DNA of 64,000 bases from Squalus acanthias (lineage: Eukaryota): contig JASTWF010000048.1 in the NCBI GenBank assembly GCA_030390025.1, positions 1,364,001 to 1,428,000 of the forward strand. The letters run 5' to 3'. The translations under genes were made by a program, and so were the position numbers. The notes beneath the pieces were generated by a model. The model had not been told where the DNA came from and searched no databases. It saw only the letters and a list, made by a program, of their open reading frames with translations. Below, in pieces: positions 37,433 to 49,857 of the stretch (position 1 is its first letter; the number at the start of each line of letters is the position of its first letter).

Positions 37433-39549
37433 ATCTCTCACATAGTTTATTTTTCTTTGTCTTTCATTCTTTGTCTATCTCTTTCTCTCTTTCTTTCCTC
37501 ATTTCTTTTTTATTCAACACTTTTTTGTCTGTCTTTCTTATTTAATTGCTCTCCGAGGCTCCATGTGAGATGGCAGTAATGGTGAGCTGGTTAAACAACC
37601 TCTTTCTCCCTTTCTTTCTTTCCCTCTCTTTCAATCTCTCTTTCTCTTTGACTTTCTGATTGCCTTTGTTTCCTGCTTTCATTCCATCGCTCCCTTTACT
37701 TTCTTTGTCCTTGCATCATTAACTTTGCCTTGTTGTCGTCTCCCTTCTCTTTCTTTCTAAATTAACAGGAGCAACTTGCTTTTATATAGCGCCTTTAAAG
37801 TAGTAAAACGTCCCAAGGCTTTTCACAGGAGCGTTATCAAAAAAAAATGACAATGAGCCACTTCAGGAGATAATTGGGCAGCTGACCAAAAGCTTGGTTA
37901 AAGAGCGAGATTTTACGGGGCGCCTTAAAGTAGCAATGAGGTGTATAGAGGCGGATAGGCTTGGCGAGAGAATTCAAGAGCTAACGGCCTCGGCAGCTGA
38001 AGACACGGCCGGCAATAGTGGAGCAATTAAAATCGGGGATGCGGAAGAGCCCAGAATTGCCGGAACGCAGATATCTCGTACGATTGTGGTTTCAGAGAGG
38101 GTGGGGCGAGGCCACGGAGGGATTTGAAAGCAAGCATGAGAATTTCAAATTAAAGGCGTTGCTCAACCGGCAGCCAATGTAGGTCAGCGAGCACAGGGTT
38201 GATGGGTGAACGGGGGTCGTTACGAATTCAATAGGGGCAGCACAGTTATAGTTTAGGGAGGGTGGGCGATGGGAGGCCGGCCAGTAGTGCGTTGGAACAG
38301 TCAAATCTGGAGTTAAAAAGTTCTTGGATCAGCGTTTCAGCAGCCGATGAGCTGAGGCAGGGGCATAATCGGTGATGTTACGGAGTTTCAAGTAGACGGT
38401 CTAAGTGAAGTTTTGCAGTGGTGATCCCCAATGGTCCTTTTTTTATCCATTAATCTCTGCAATTGTTAGACACGACCTAGAGTCCGGTGCGGGAAGCAGC
38501 ATTAGAAAGTTTGCAGATGATACGAACATCAAGGGTTAATTTACGAGGCACACCCGGACATCAAGGGTTAATTTACGAGGCACACCCGGACACCAAGGGT
38601 TAATTTACGAGGAGTGATTTCACAAATTAAGGTTGTGTTCCCTCAAATTTAGAAGGCTAAAGGGTGATCTGGTCGAAATTTTCAGGATATTAAGCGGAAG
38701 AGTTCGGGTACACCGAGATAAACTATTTCCGCTGGTTGAGGATTTTAGGACTAAGGGATATAGTCTAAAAATTAGAGACAAACCTTTGAGGAGTGAAATT
38801 AGGGAACACTTCTACACACAAAGAGTGGTAGAAGTTTGGAACTCTCTTCGGCAAACGGAAGGACAAGTCAGCAGGCGCATGGGACAACCATCAACTCCAA
38901 GTTCCCCTCCAAGTGACACACCTTCCTGACTTAGACGTATATCATCGATCCTTCAAAATCCTGGAACTCCTTCCCTAACAGCACTGTAGGACTTCCTTCA
39001 CCAGACGGACTGCAGCGGTTTAAGAAGGAGGCTCACCACCACTTTCTATAGGGAAATTAGGGATGTGCAATAAATGCCAGCGAAGACCATATCCCATAAA
39101 AAAACGAAGATAAAAAAATGATGCTGGATCAATTGTTAATTTTAAATCGGGGATTGATAGCTTTCTGTTAACGAAAGATGTGAAATTATATTGGGCAAAG
39201 GCGGGTATATGGAGTTAGATCGCAGATCAGCCATGATCTCATCGAATGGTAGAACAGGCTCGAGCGGCTGAATGGCCGACTCCTGTTCCAATGCTGCTAT
39301 ATTCCTAAATTAGTTGATAGTGATGAGGAAAGTTATAGGCTTCACGATGACAAAGACAGGATAATGAAATCAGGAGAAGCATGGGAAATGGAGTTCAAAG
39401 TGGAGAAAGTTGGATTGATGCACTTTGGGAGGACTAACATGAAAAGATAGGATACTATAAACGGCACGATTTTGAAAAGTGTAGATGAGCAGAGAGACCT
39501 TGATGTCCACATACACAAATCTTAAATTTGGCGATGCAATTTGTTACAA

Positions 39550-40075
39550 GTCAGGAGTGTGATGGAATACTCTCCACATGCCTGAATGAGTGCAACTTCA
39601 ACAACACTCAAGAAGCTGGACACCAAGCAGGACAAAGCAGCCCGCTTGATTGACACCCCATCCACCACCTTAAACATTCACTCCCTCCACCACCAGTGTA
39701 CCGTGGCTGCTGTGTGTACCATCTACAAGGTGCACTGCAGCAACTCACCAAGGCTTCTTCGACAGCACCTCCCAAACCCGAAAACACTTAAACCTAGAAG
39801 GGCAAAGGCAGCAGGCGCATGGGAACACAACCACCTCGAAGTTCCCCTCCAAGTCACACGCCATCCTGACTGAGAAGTATATCGCCGTTCCTTCTTTCGT
39901 CGCTGGGTCAAAATCCTGGAATTCCCTCCCTAACAGCACTGTTGGAGTACCTTCACCACACGGACTGCAGCGGTTCAAGAAGGCGGCTCACCAGTTCATT
40001 CTCAAGGGTAATTCGGGATGGGCATTAAATGCTAGCCTTGCCAGCGACGCCTGTATCCCAGAAACGAATAAAAAA
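39550..40075 (+). mobile_element. Non-LTR retrotransposon 3' fragment nested in a CR1 remnant (paralog ~53940-54450)
   Basis: MEYSPHAWMSA..LD..QDKAARLI..SLHH..IYK RT-thumb-like C-terminus plus a 3' UTR. Confidence 0.6.
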
Positions 40076-41545
40076 TGATAAGGTGAATCAAAAAGCAGAT
40101 CAGTTACTTTGTTTATAAATGGAGGCATAGAACGTAAAAGCAAATCGATCGTGCTAAAATTTTATAAATCACGAGATAGGCCTCGGCTGGAGTATTGCAG
40201 ACAATTCTTGGCAGCACATTTCAGGAAAGATGTCAAGCCCTTAGAAAGGAGGTTTGCCAGTGTGTTATCAGGAATGAGGGACTTCAGTTATGAGGAGAGG
40301 TCGGAAAAGTTAGGCCTATACCCATTGATACAGATAAAGTTAAAAGGTGAAACAATATATGTTGTTAAGGCGATGAGAGGTTTTGATAGAGTAGAGAGAG
40401 GAAAACTACTCACTCTACCGAGTGGATCAAAAACCAAAGGTAATATCATTCGCAAAATACCTGGAGGGGAGTTGAGGAGAAATGATTTCACTCAGCGTGT
40501 TGTCGGAATCTGGAACACTCTACATGAAAAGCTGGAAGAAACTGATTCCATCGACAATTTGAACAAGGTCTTGCACAGGTACTGTAGGATGAGGAACTTA
40601 TATGGGCTGGGACAGTCATATCTGGGTCATATACGATACCACGGTTGTGAGCAGTCTCGTTGAGAATCAGACTGTTGCCAGGGATAGGGATGGAGTCGGA
40701 GGCTAGGGAACGGAGTTTGTTTTGTGGACAGAAGACAAAGGCTTCGGTCTTTCCAGTATATATTTGCAGGAAATCTCTGCAAATCCAATAGGACAAACAG
40801 TCTGAAAAATTAGAGACTGTGGAGGGGTTGGGAGAGGTTTTCGTGAGGTACAACCGAGGGGTAACATGTAAATGAGAAATAGGATACATCGAGAGTGGGA
40901 GAGGGGAATCATTCACATTGTGTAGGTTATTAAGATCATTTTGTACATCAAGACAAACAGTGACGGGAAATTTATTGAATTATTCATTGGTAGCAGACGC
41001 GGGTCTTAAAACATCACTAGAAAGAAGCAACCAGGAGGAAGTCTAACTGCGCTTTTGTGCGAAATGGTCGCGAAGTGAAAGGGTTATATAACCAGAGGAG
41101 TTGATAATTCAGTGGGTTTCGTAAATCTGCGACCGCGTTGCTCATTCGGTGCCAAAGCAGGACGTGGCACAGGATACAAATGGAACTGCAGCGCCAACCA
41201 CTGGCTATATCGTGCAACAACAAGCTAATGCGTTTTGTTACTTTCCCAGTACAACCGATTTCGTCCTGAAATTGATCCGCCTTCCAATTATTTTCTCCTC
41301 TCCTTCAGATGTTGATGTCCTTACATAGAATGACAGTTAATTTACTCCACGGAATAATGTCGATGCCGGTGTTTGTGGTCAAACAGGCGCTTCATCCAAA
41401 CCATCTTCATTTCACCCTATCAGCAGAACCTGCTATCCCTTGCTCCCTCGTGTGTTTATCCAGCTTGTCTTGGGCAGAAGCGAGCGGAACATGAAAGGTA
41501 ACAAGGAGTTTGAGGCGTCACGTGATCGAAACGTTTCTCTGTGAT

Positions 41546-41584
41546 AGTTTTTGTCAGGGCGCCGGATCAGTCTGTATCGCTGTG
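41546..41584 (-). other. 23-RSS of C4
   Basis: CACAGCG, 23-bp spacer, ACAAAAACT. Confidence 0.93.
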
Positions 41585-42397
41585 CACCATCACTTGCTGC
41601 ACAGAAATACTCAGCCGAATCTGTGGGTTTAACGCTGTGGATCTTCAGGCTGGACATCTTATCGTTCATTGTTCGTGTGATTTCAAATCCGCTTTTGAAA
41701 CCCTCTTCATATTCAGCTTTGCTGCCTTTATATATATACCCGATGCTGGTGAATCCTTGTCCAGCGGATTGCCGATACCAGAGCATAATCATGCGGTCTG
41801 CATCATTCTGATAACAATTTAACTCGGCCTTTCCTCCCTGATCAACAGTAATCGAACGCGGCTTCTGATGAATGATATCCGCCAGCGGACAGTCTGAAAA
41901 AGAGGCGGCAGATTTAAGAAAATCGCATGAAATTGAGAAATTGGGTTGCATGATCAAGTAAATCCTGGTCGTAAAATTGGCGTTGTGGAGCCACCGATTC
42001 GCAACGCCAGTTCTAAGACGTTAAAATATACTCCGTCTAATCTGGGATTATCGCCAGTTTGACAGTATAATGGCATTTATTTTACCGTTAGGTAACAAAA
42101 TAGAGATTATCAAACCTTAAATTATAATGAGAAAAATCTATGTATAAATAAATAAAACAGCTGAAAGAACATTAAGCGCCTTATAGGCAAAAGGTGTACA
42201 GATTAAAATGAATCATCGATTTTTAATATGTGATTGCTGATATACAACTGCTCGATAATAATATGATCGAGTAGCACGACATAGTTTAGTTAATATTTTG
42301 ATGAATGCATTATACCAGTACATCACTTCTAATTGTTCAACATTATCTTACCCGGCGTCAGAAATAAAAGTGCAAAGACCAACAAATTTAAATGCAT
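41585..42397 (-). CDS. TRBV: TCR beta V segment C4, apparently functional
   Basis: Leader 42397-42352 MHLNLLVFALLFLTP. V exon 41893-41585 DCPLADIIHQKP..LNCYQND..WYRQ..DSAEYFCAASDG. Confidence 0.92.
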
Positions 42398-42799
42398 TGT
42401 TGTGGGCGATCGACGATCTAATGCGCCAAATGTGGCCTGACAGAGAAAGCGACGCTGAACATTACGCGTATGCAAAATCCAGGGTCGGAACCGGAAGTAG
42501 CGTAGACAACAGAATGCAAGAACGTGCATTTCCTTCGCGCCTCTGACGCCTTTAGGACCTCCCACAGTGCTGCACAAACAATGCAGTCAATTTGCATACT
42601 AACCGGTCCCGCCAACAGCACTCTGAAATGACCAGATAATCTGCTGTTCTCGTGGGTTTGGTTCACTGATAAATATTGGACAGGAACAAAGGAGATTTCC
42701 CCTGCTTTTCTTCGAATTATAGTCTGTGCAATCTGTCACCGAACCTGAGAGGACACATACGGCCTTTTAATGTTTCGTTTGAAAGACGGCATTTCCGAC

Positions 42800-43931
42800 T
42801 GTGAAGTACTTTTTCAACTGCACTCACTGTGATAATGTAGGAAAGGCGACAGACAATTTGCGCACAGCTAGATCCCGCAAACGTCAACGTGGTAACGACA
42901 GTTTAATGCTTTTTTTTAGTGATCTTGATTCAGGGATAAATATAAATATCTGCCAGCACATCGGGAGAACATCAAAGCGCGCCTTTTACTTAGTGTCCAT
43001 GGGTGATGTAACGTCCACCTGAGAGGGCAAGCAGTGCCTCGGTTTAACGTTTAATCTGAAGGAGGGCACGTCCGACAGTGCAGCACTCCCTCGGTGCTGC
43101 CTCTTCCACAATGCAGCGTTCCCTCAGTACTGCCTCTCCAACAGTGCAGCGCTTCCTTAGTACTGCCCCTCCAACAGTGCAGCGCTCCCTTAGTACTGCC
43201 CTTCGACAGTACGGCGCTCCCTCAGTACTGCCCATCCGACAGTGCGGCGCTACCGCAGTACCGCCACTCCGACAGTGCAGCGCTCCCTCAGTACAGGCCC
43301 ACGGACATTGCAGTGCACCCTCAGTACTGCCCCTCCGAGAGTGCAGCACTCCCTTAGTACTGCCCATCCGACAGGCAGCGCTCCGTCAGTACTGCCTCCC
43401 TCGATAGTGCAGTGCTCCCTCAGTAGTGCCCCTCTGACAGTGAGGCGCTCCCTCAGTACTGCCCCTCCTAACATTGCAACACTCCCTCAGTACTGCCCCT
43501 CCGACAGTGTATCGCTCCCTCAGTACTGCTCCTCCGACAGTGCAGCACACTCTCAGTACTGCCCCTCCGGCAGTGAAGAAATTATCAGTACTGCCCCTCC
43601 GGCAGTGCAGCAATCCCTCAGTATTGCCCCTCCGACAGTGCAGCACTCCCGCAGTACTGCCTCTCCGACAGTGTAGCGCTCCCTCAGTACTGCTCCTCCC
43701 ACAGTGCAGTACTCCCTCAGTACTGCTCCTCCGACAGTGCAGTGCTCCCTCTTTACTGCCCTTCCGACAGTGCAGCACTTCCTCAGTACAGCCCCTCCGA
43801 CAGAGCAGCGCTCCATCAGTTCTGCACTAGAGTGTCAGCCTATATTAAGCGCTCAAGCATCTGAGCAGGACTCGAACCCACAATCATTTATCTCAGAGGG
43901 ATGAATGCTGTCAACTGAGACACGGCTGACA
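42800..43931 (-). mobile_element. Deu-domain tRNA-derived SINE with 33-bp minisatellite (array ~43065-43830)
   Basis: Pol III B-box GGTTCGAGTCC on the minus strand (~43868-43878), then the array and Deu body. A second SINE remnant lies at ~42520-42800. Confidence 0.75.
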
Positions 43932-44740
43932 ATATCATACATTTTTCAACAACGATTATTGAATATGTGGGTTCCCTTGTCTTACGTGGGGTTAGTGCCA
44001 ACTTCAAGGTCAGCCTACGAAAATTGTGAAAGATGGTTTATTCAGTTCACACTGATTGATAGCAGAAATGAGAGACTTCGGTTTTGTGACGAGATTGGAG
44101 AAGCGAGAACTATTCACTTTAGAGCAGACTGTCCTGCCAGCTTCAGAGACTTGAGCACCAGCACCCTCAGGTCTCTCTGCTCTTTTACCCACTTTAAAAT
44201 TGTACCAGTTAGTATGTATGTTCTCTCCTCATTTTGCCTACCAAAATTTGTCACCTCACGCTAAATGTTTTCAAGGGAAAACTGGATCGGCACTTTGTGG
44301 AAATAAACTTGCAGGGCTACGAGGATAGAGCGGGAGAAGGGGACTGACTGGATTGCTCTACAGAGAGCCGGCACGGACTCGATGGGAAAATGCGCTCCTT
44401 CTGTGCCAGTATGACTCTATAAATTCTCAGTTAAATTTCATGTGCCAATTGTCCGCCCATTCCACAAGCCTGCCTATGCCTTCTTGAAATCTATCACTAT
44501 CCTCCTTACTGTTTAGTACACTTCCAAGCTTCGTGTCATCTGCACATTTAAAAATTATGCCCTGCATCCCCAACTCATTAACGTATATCAAAAACAGCAG
44601 TGGTCCTAGTACTGAACATTGGGGAACACCATTGTAAACCTCCCACCGGTCCAAAAAGCAGCAATTGACCACAATGCTCTGTTTTATATAATTGAGAGGT
44701 CGCACAACACCAGGTTATAGTCCAACAGTTTTATTTTAAA

Positions 44741-44778
44741 TCACAAGCTTTCGGAGTTAAAACTCCTTCGTCGGGTGA
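44741..44778 (-). ncRNA. Minimal hammerhead-ribozyme-like motif in the Penelope terminal region
   Basis: Minus strand TCAC-CCGACGA-A-GGAGT(TTTA)ACTCC-GAAA-GCTT-GTGA: stem I TCAC/GTGA, stem II hairpin, GAAA core, palindromic AAGCTT. Core U4 is replaced by C. Confidence 0.6.
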
Positions 44779-45088
44779 AGTGAGGAGATACAGAATCGTC
44801 AAAGCATATATAGATAGAGAACAAAGCATGTGTAACTTACAATTGCAGACAACTGAATTCAATCATCCTGACTGTTTATCTGCCGAGGTGTGATAAAGTT
44901 AATCAGGTCAGCCAGGAAGGTGCCACATCAAAGACATAGCAAGATACAACTGAGAGAATGAGGTGGAATCGCATGGGGTCGAACGTGTCAAAAGCTGCCG
45001 TCTGTATGTAAAACGATTAACTTTAAAATTTTTACTTTTTTACTGGGAATCACATCTGTGAACAAGCCAACGACGACTCGAGACCGGA

Positions 45089-45989
45089 TCACGTCATGTA
45101 TCGTGACATAAACCCAAGATCCCGATTGAGACCGTCTTCATGAGTGCGGAACTTGGCTATCAGTTTCTGCTCGATGATTTTGCGTTGTCGTGTGTTTCTA
45201 AGGTCGCCTTGGAGAACGCTTACCCGCAGATCCGAGGCTGAATGTCCTTGACTGCTGAAGTGTTCCCCGATTGGGAGGTAACAATCCTGCCTGGCGATTG
45301 TTGCGCGGTGCTCGTTCATACGTTGTCTCAGTGTCTGCATGGTCTCGCCGATGTACCATGCCGCGGTGCATTCTTTCCTGCAACGTATGAGGTAGACAAC
45401 GTTGGCCGAGTCACATGAGTATGTACCATGTACCTGGTGGGTAGTGTCCTCACGTGTGATGATGGTATCTGTGTTGATGATCTGGCATGTCTTGCAGAGT
45501 TTGCCATGGCAGGGTTGTGTGGTGTCGTGGTCGCTGTTATCCTGAAAGCTGGGTAATTTGCTGCGAACGATGGTACTTCTGAGGTTAGGCGGATGTTTCA
45601 AGGCAAGTAGTGGAGGCGTGGGGATGGCCTTAGCGAGGTGTTTGTCGTCATCGATGACATGTTGAAGGCTGCGAAGAACATGGCGTAGTTTCTCCGCTCC
45701 GGAGAAGTACTGGACGACGTAGGGTACCCTGTTGGTTGTGTCCCGTGTTTGCCTTCTGAGGAGGTCTATGCGATTTTTCGCTGTGGCCCGTCGGAACTGT
45801 CGATCGATGAGTCGAGCGTCATATCCCGTTCTTACGAGGGCGTTTTTCAGCGTCCGTAGGTGTCCTTCGCGTTCCTCCTCATCTGAGCAGATCCTGTGTA
45901 TTCGCAGGGCTTGTCCATAGGGGATGGCTTCTTTAACGTGGTTAGGGTGGAAGCTGGAGAAGTGGAGCATCGTGAGGTTGTCCGTGGGC
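45089..45989 (-). CDS. Penelope RT C-terminus + GIY-YIG endonuclease (partial)
   Basis: KPTD..HP..AIPYGQALRI.RICS, CKTC, NVVYLIRC..YIGET..LRQRMNEHR, EHF and GLNRD motifs. Confidence 0.88.
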
Positions 45990-47194
45990 TTTATATACCC
46001 ATGCCAATTTTGTATCCGTACTGGTCCTGCCCCTTTTATCCCTTGGGATTCAAGGTCGGTCAATTAGTTGGGTCAAAGTGCTCGCTTGTTCCAGTTATTG
46101 CAGGTTTCAGTACATTTATGGTAAAAGAGAACTGAAGGTTTAAATACTTCGCTGCACTACTCTGCATTCTTGGAAAACACTTCAAAAGGCCCCCGAGAGT
46201 CTTATACACAAGTAGACTAACGGTTTTCAACAGATTCTCAAACCGCCTTCAGGAAGCAGGTGTTCCGATCAGAAAAGCATCTCGGGAGGTGTATCGTCTT
46301 TGCCCTGTATGAAACATCGGTGAAACGTTTAAGTGTTCGAAGATAAACTATTTGCTATTTGTATGGGGTGGTGCCCCTTATGGCAGTGAATTGCAAGGGG
46401 AGATTTGAAAGTGGTGTTCAAAATCACGAACGGTTTTGATAAACTAAATAAGGAGCAACTTGTATCTAATGGCAGGAGGGTCGTTAACCAGAGGTCAAAG
46501 GTTTAAGGTAATTGACAAAAGAACCAGATGAGTAGAATTTTTCTTTCAGCGAGTTGTCTGGAATTCACTGCCTGAAAGTGTGGAGGATGCAGATTCAGGA
46601 ATATCTTTCAAAAGGGAATTGGATAAACACTTCAAGGAGAACATTTTTCAGGGCTGTGGGGAACGGGGCAGGAGAATGAGACTAATTGTATTCCTATTTC
46701 AAGGAGCCAGTTCAGAAACGATGGACCGATTGGACTCCTTCTGCGCTGGAGCTTTCTATGATTCAATGATAATCAGCGCATCACTCGTCGCTATTGCGGC
46801 AGTACAAATACGAATAGTGATTTGCACCTCCTCTGATGAGTTGAGCCTGGAAATCATTCAGCGGTATGTTCGGGAGCTCTGTGTAACACCTTCCGATATT
46901 CCTTCATCCATTCTTTCAACTTTGCCAATAACTATTAACCCCACCTCGTAATCCACTCGTGAATATGTACAGCATAACTGAACGAGATATTATTCAAAAC
47001 ATTCAAAGACCAATTTTAATAATTAATATGTTATTGAAATGATCTAAACTGGAAGAGAATAAGAAGATGAATCAACAACCAAAATATCAAACCATAAATT
47101 CTCATTCACTAAAGACAGACGCACAGACAGACAGACGGACAGATCTATCTCCCACAGTTATATGTCTCTAACAAGCGCTTCCTGCCCCCTACGG

Positions 47195-47233
47195 GGTTTT
47201 TGTTCAGCTCCCCCAACTATCTGAGTCACTGTG
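47195..47233 (-). other. 23-RSS of A4
   Basis: CACAGTG, 23-bp spacer, ACAAAAACC. Confidence 0.97.
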
Positions 47234-48258
47234 CAGACTCCAAGCGCAGTAATACACGGCCGAGTGATTTGCCCGCAGACTGGTGGACTCCAGGTAGAAG
47301 TGGGTGTCGTCGGGTCTCCTGGCGGTGAATCCATCCAACTCAGCAGAGGGAGTGACCCGATCGGGGAAGTTAGAATAGAAAAGGTTCTGAGGCTCCCGGT
47401 CAGGATGCCACCGGTACCAGTAGAAAACGGAGCTAGCAGCTGCTTTTGTGTAAAGGCACTCGATGCTAACGGATGTGCCCGGGGAAATGGATATGCAAGC
47501 GGGACTCTGTTCGACCAGCACGGCCCCCACATCTGTAAAACAGAGAGAGGTGTAAACGCAGGAAATATCAACACATCGACAGAGTGCCATGAAAAAGGAC
47601 ACGAGGAGGGAGGGAGATGGGAGCGGGAGACAGACGCGGAGCTACAGAGAGAAATATGGACAGGGAGAGACATAGAGTGAGGGAGAGAGAGAGAGTTCGA
47701 GAGAGAAGGAAAGAGACAGAGACGGATAGAGAGAGAGGAGTATAAAGAGAAACAGATCAAACTAGGGACAATCTGCACATTAGCAGCCGCCGTGAAGGAG
47801 CACAAGAGGAGAGAGAGAGAGAGCTTGCTAATAAATAGAAAGAGCGAGAGAAAGACAGAGCGAGGAAGAGAAAGAGAGACAGACAGACAGAGAGGCAGCC
47901 AGACAGAGAGACCGGCTGAGAGAGAGACTGATAGAGAGAACTAGATAGACTGAAAGAGAGAGAAACAGAGAGAAAGAGAGAGCAGACAGACAGATCTAGA
48001 GAGACTGAGAGAGGAAGAGAGAGACAGAGAGAGACAGACAGAGTGAGAAAGACACACACACTCACACAGAGACTGAGAGTGGGACATATAAATCGAAGAA
48101 GCGAGAAGCTACACCAAAAGGTGAAAGAGACCAGGATGGGATTAAATCCAAAGGGGGACATGCGGGGTAATGACACTGAGGATGACTGAAACCTCAAAGT
48201 CCATCTACATCTTACCTGTTAACACCAGCAACACAACCCAGAGCTGAGACACAGACAT
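47234..48258 (-). CDS. TRBV: TCR V segment A4 (TRBV30-like), apparently functional
   Basis: Leader 48258-48216 MSVSQLWVVLLVLT. V exon 47532-47234 is open, ends YYCAWSL, and has an extra Cys in FR1 (SPACIS). Confidence 0.92.
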
Positions 48259-48639
48259 CTCTGGAGGGAGAAAGATCCGGGTGTTTATGGTGTGAAATCA
48301 CTGAGCCGTTTTATTGCAGAATATCACAAACTTCAGGGCACTAAGTGGAATTTACTGTCCCCTCTTCCACAATGTTAAATGTTCGGATGGGCGGCTCCAT
48401 TCTCTCTTTAATTGTTCATTGGCTCCTACATCGGGACTGTTCATTTCCTGGGCGGGGCTACTGAGGTCGCCGGGTAATCGGCGGTCTGTCTCCTCCCTTT
48501 GCTGGCGGAGTCTGGAGTTCTTTAAACCTGCAACAATCCAAAGGCTCCAGCTCAGATTGCGGTGAAGGTGAGGGAGTGAAAAAAGGGAGTTCTATTGTCT
48601 GTTTGACTCATTCAATGCATAACCACTGAGTGAGAGGCA

Positions 48640-49260
48640 TTACTCTGTATATAATCAGTGAGTGAGGACCTTTACTCTGTATCTAATCAGTGAGTGAGGA
48701 ACTTTACTCTGTATCTAATCAGTGAGTGAGGGTCTTTACTCTGTATCTAATTAGTGAGTGAGGGTCTTTACTCTGTATCTAATCAGTGAGTGAAAGTCTT
48801 TACTCTGTATCTATACAGTGAGTGAGGGTCTTTACTCTGTATTTAATCAGTGTGAGGGTCTTTACTCTGTATCTAATCAGTGAGTGAGGGTCTTTACTCT
48901 GTATCTAATCAGTGAGTGAGGGTCTTTACTCTATCTAATCAGTGAGTGATGGTCTTTACTCTGTATCTAATCAGTGAGTGAGGTTCTTTACTCTGTATCT
49001 AATCAGTGAGTGAGGGTCTTTACTCTGTATCTAATCAGTGAGTGAAGGTCCTTACTCTGTATCTTATCAGTGAGTGAGTGTCTTTATTGTGTATCTAATC
49101 AGTGAGTGGGGTTCTTTACTGTGTATCTAATCAGTGAGTGAGGGTCTTTATTTTGTAACTAAACAATGAGTGAAGGGATTACTCTCTATCTAATCAGTGA
49201 GTGGTGGCCTTTACGTTGTACCTAACCAGTGAATCATAGGCTTTACACTCTATCTGACCA
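48640..49260. repeat. 32-bp minisatellite (TTTACTCTGTATCTAATCAGTGAGTGAGGGTC)
   Basis: Homogeneous tandem copies. Shorter, degenerate versions occur at ~5880-6170, ~15840-16180 and ~35480-35760. Confidence 0.92.
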
Positions 49261-49818
49261 GCATATGATGGGATTCACTCTGTGCCTAATCAATAATTGA
49301 TGGGCTTTACTCTGTGTCTAACTAATGGTTCATGGGCTTTACTTTGTATCTAACCAGTAATTGTTGGGCTTCACTCTGTTTCAAATCAATGATTCATCGG
49401 CCCTACTCTGTATCTGATCCCTGCACCAAGCAGGGCTGCCCATGTATCTAACCCGTGCTCTCACTTATCTAAACCATGTCGACCGTATATTTAATCCGAG
49501 CTGCCCATGTTTTTAATCAGTTCCGTCCCTGTATCTAACTCGTGCTGTCCCTGTATCTAACCCGTGCAGCCCATATAATTAAACAGTTCAGTCCCTGTAC
49601 CCATCCCGTACTGACCCTGTATCTAACGAGTGCTGTGTCTGCATCTTACGCTTGCTCTCCCTGTATCAAACACGTACTGTCCTGTATCTAACGGGTGCTG
49701 TCCCTTCTCACCCACCAAACCCGCCACCCGCCCCCACACACGCTTCGCCTCTGGATTGACATCACTCCCAATAATGCAGCGAATGCTTCGGTCATGAGCC
49801 CCGTTCTCAGCTGCACCG

Positions 49819-49857
49819 GGTTTTTGTTGCACCGCCCCGGTTCCTTTTCTCACCGTG
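49819..49857 (-). other. 23-RSS of B4
   Basis: CACGGTG, 23-bp spacer, ACAAAAACC. Confidence 0.92.

Larger units (their letters stand above)
44691..45989 (-). mobile_element. Penelope-like retroelement, 5'-truncated, inserted in a CR1 fragment
   Basis: Flanked by TTTATATA repeats (44683-44690 and 45990-45997) and absent from the paralogous site at ~60430. Encodes RT C-terminus + GIY-YIG. Confidence 0.9.

Noticed and set aside
38527-38612. Short 32-bp tandem duplication within a CR1 relic
   Set aside because: Local slippage at a TE junction (fewer copies at ~52946); no sign of function.
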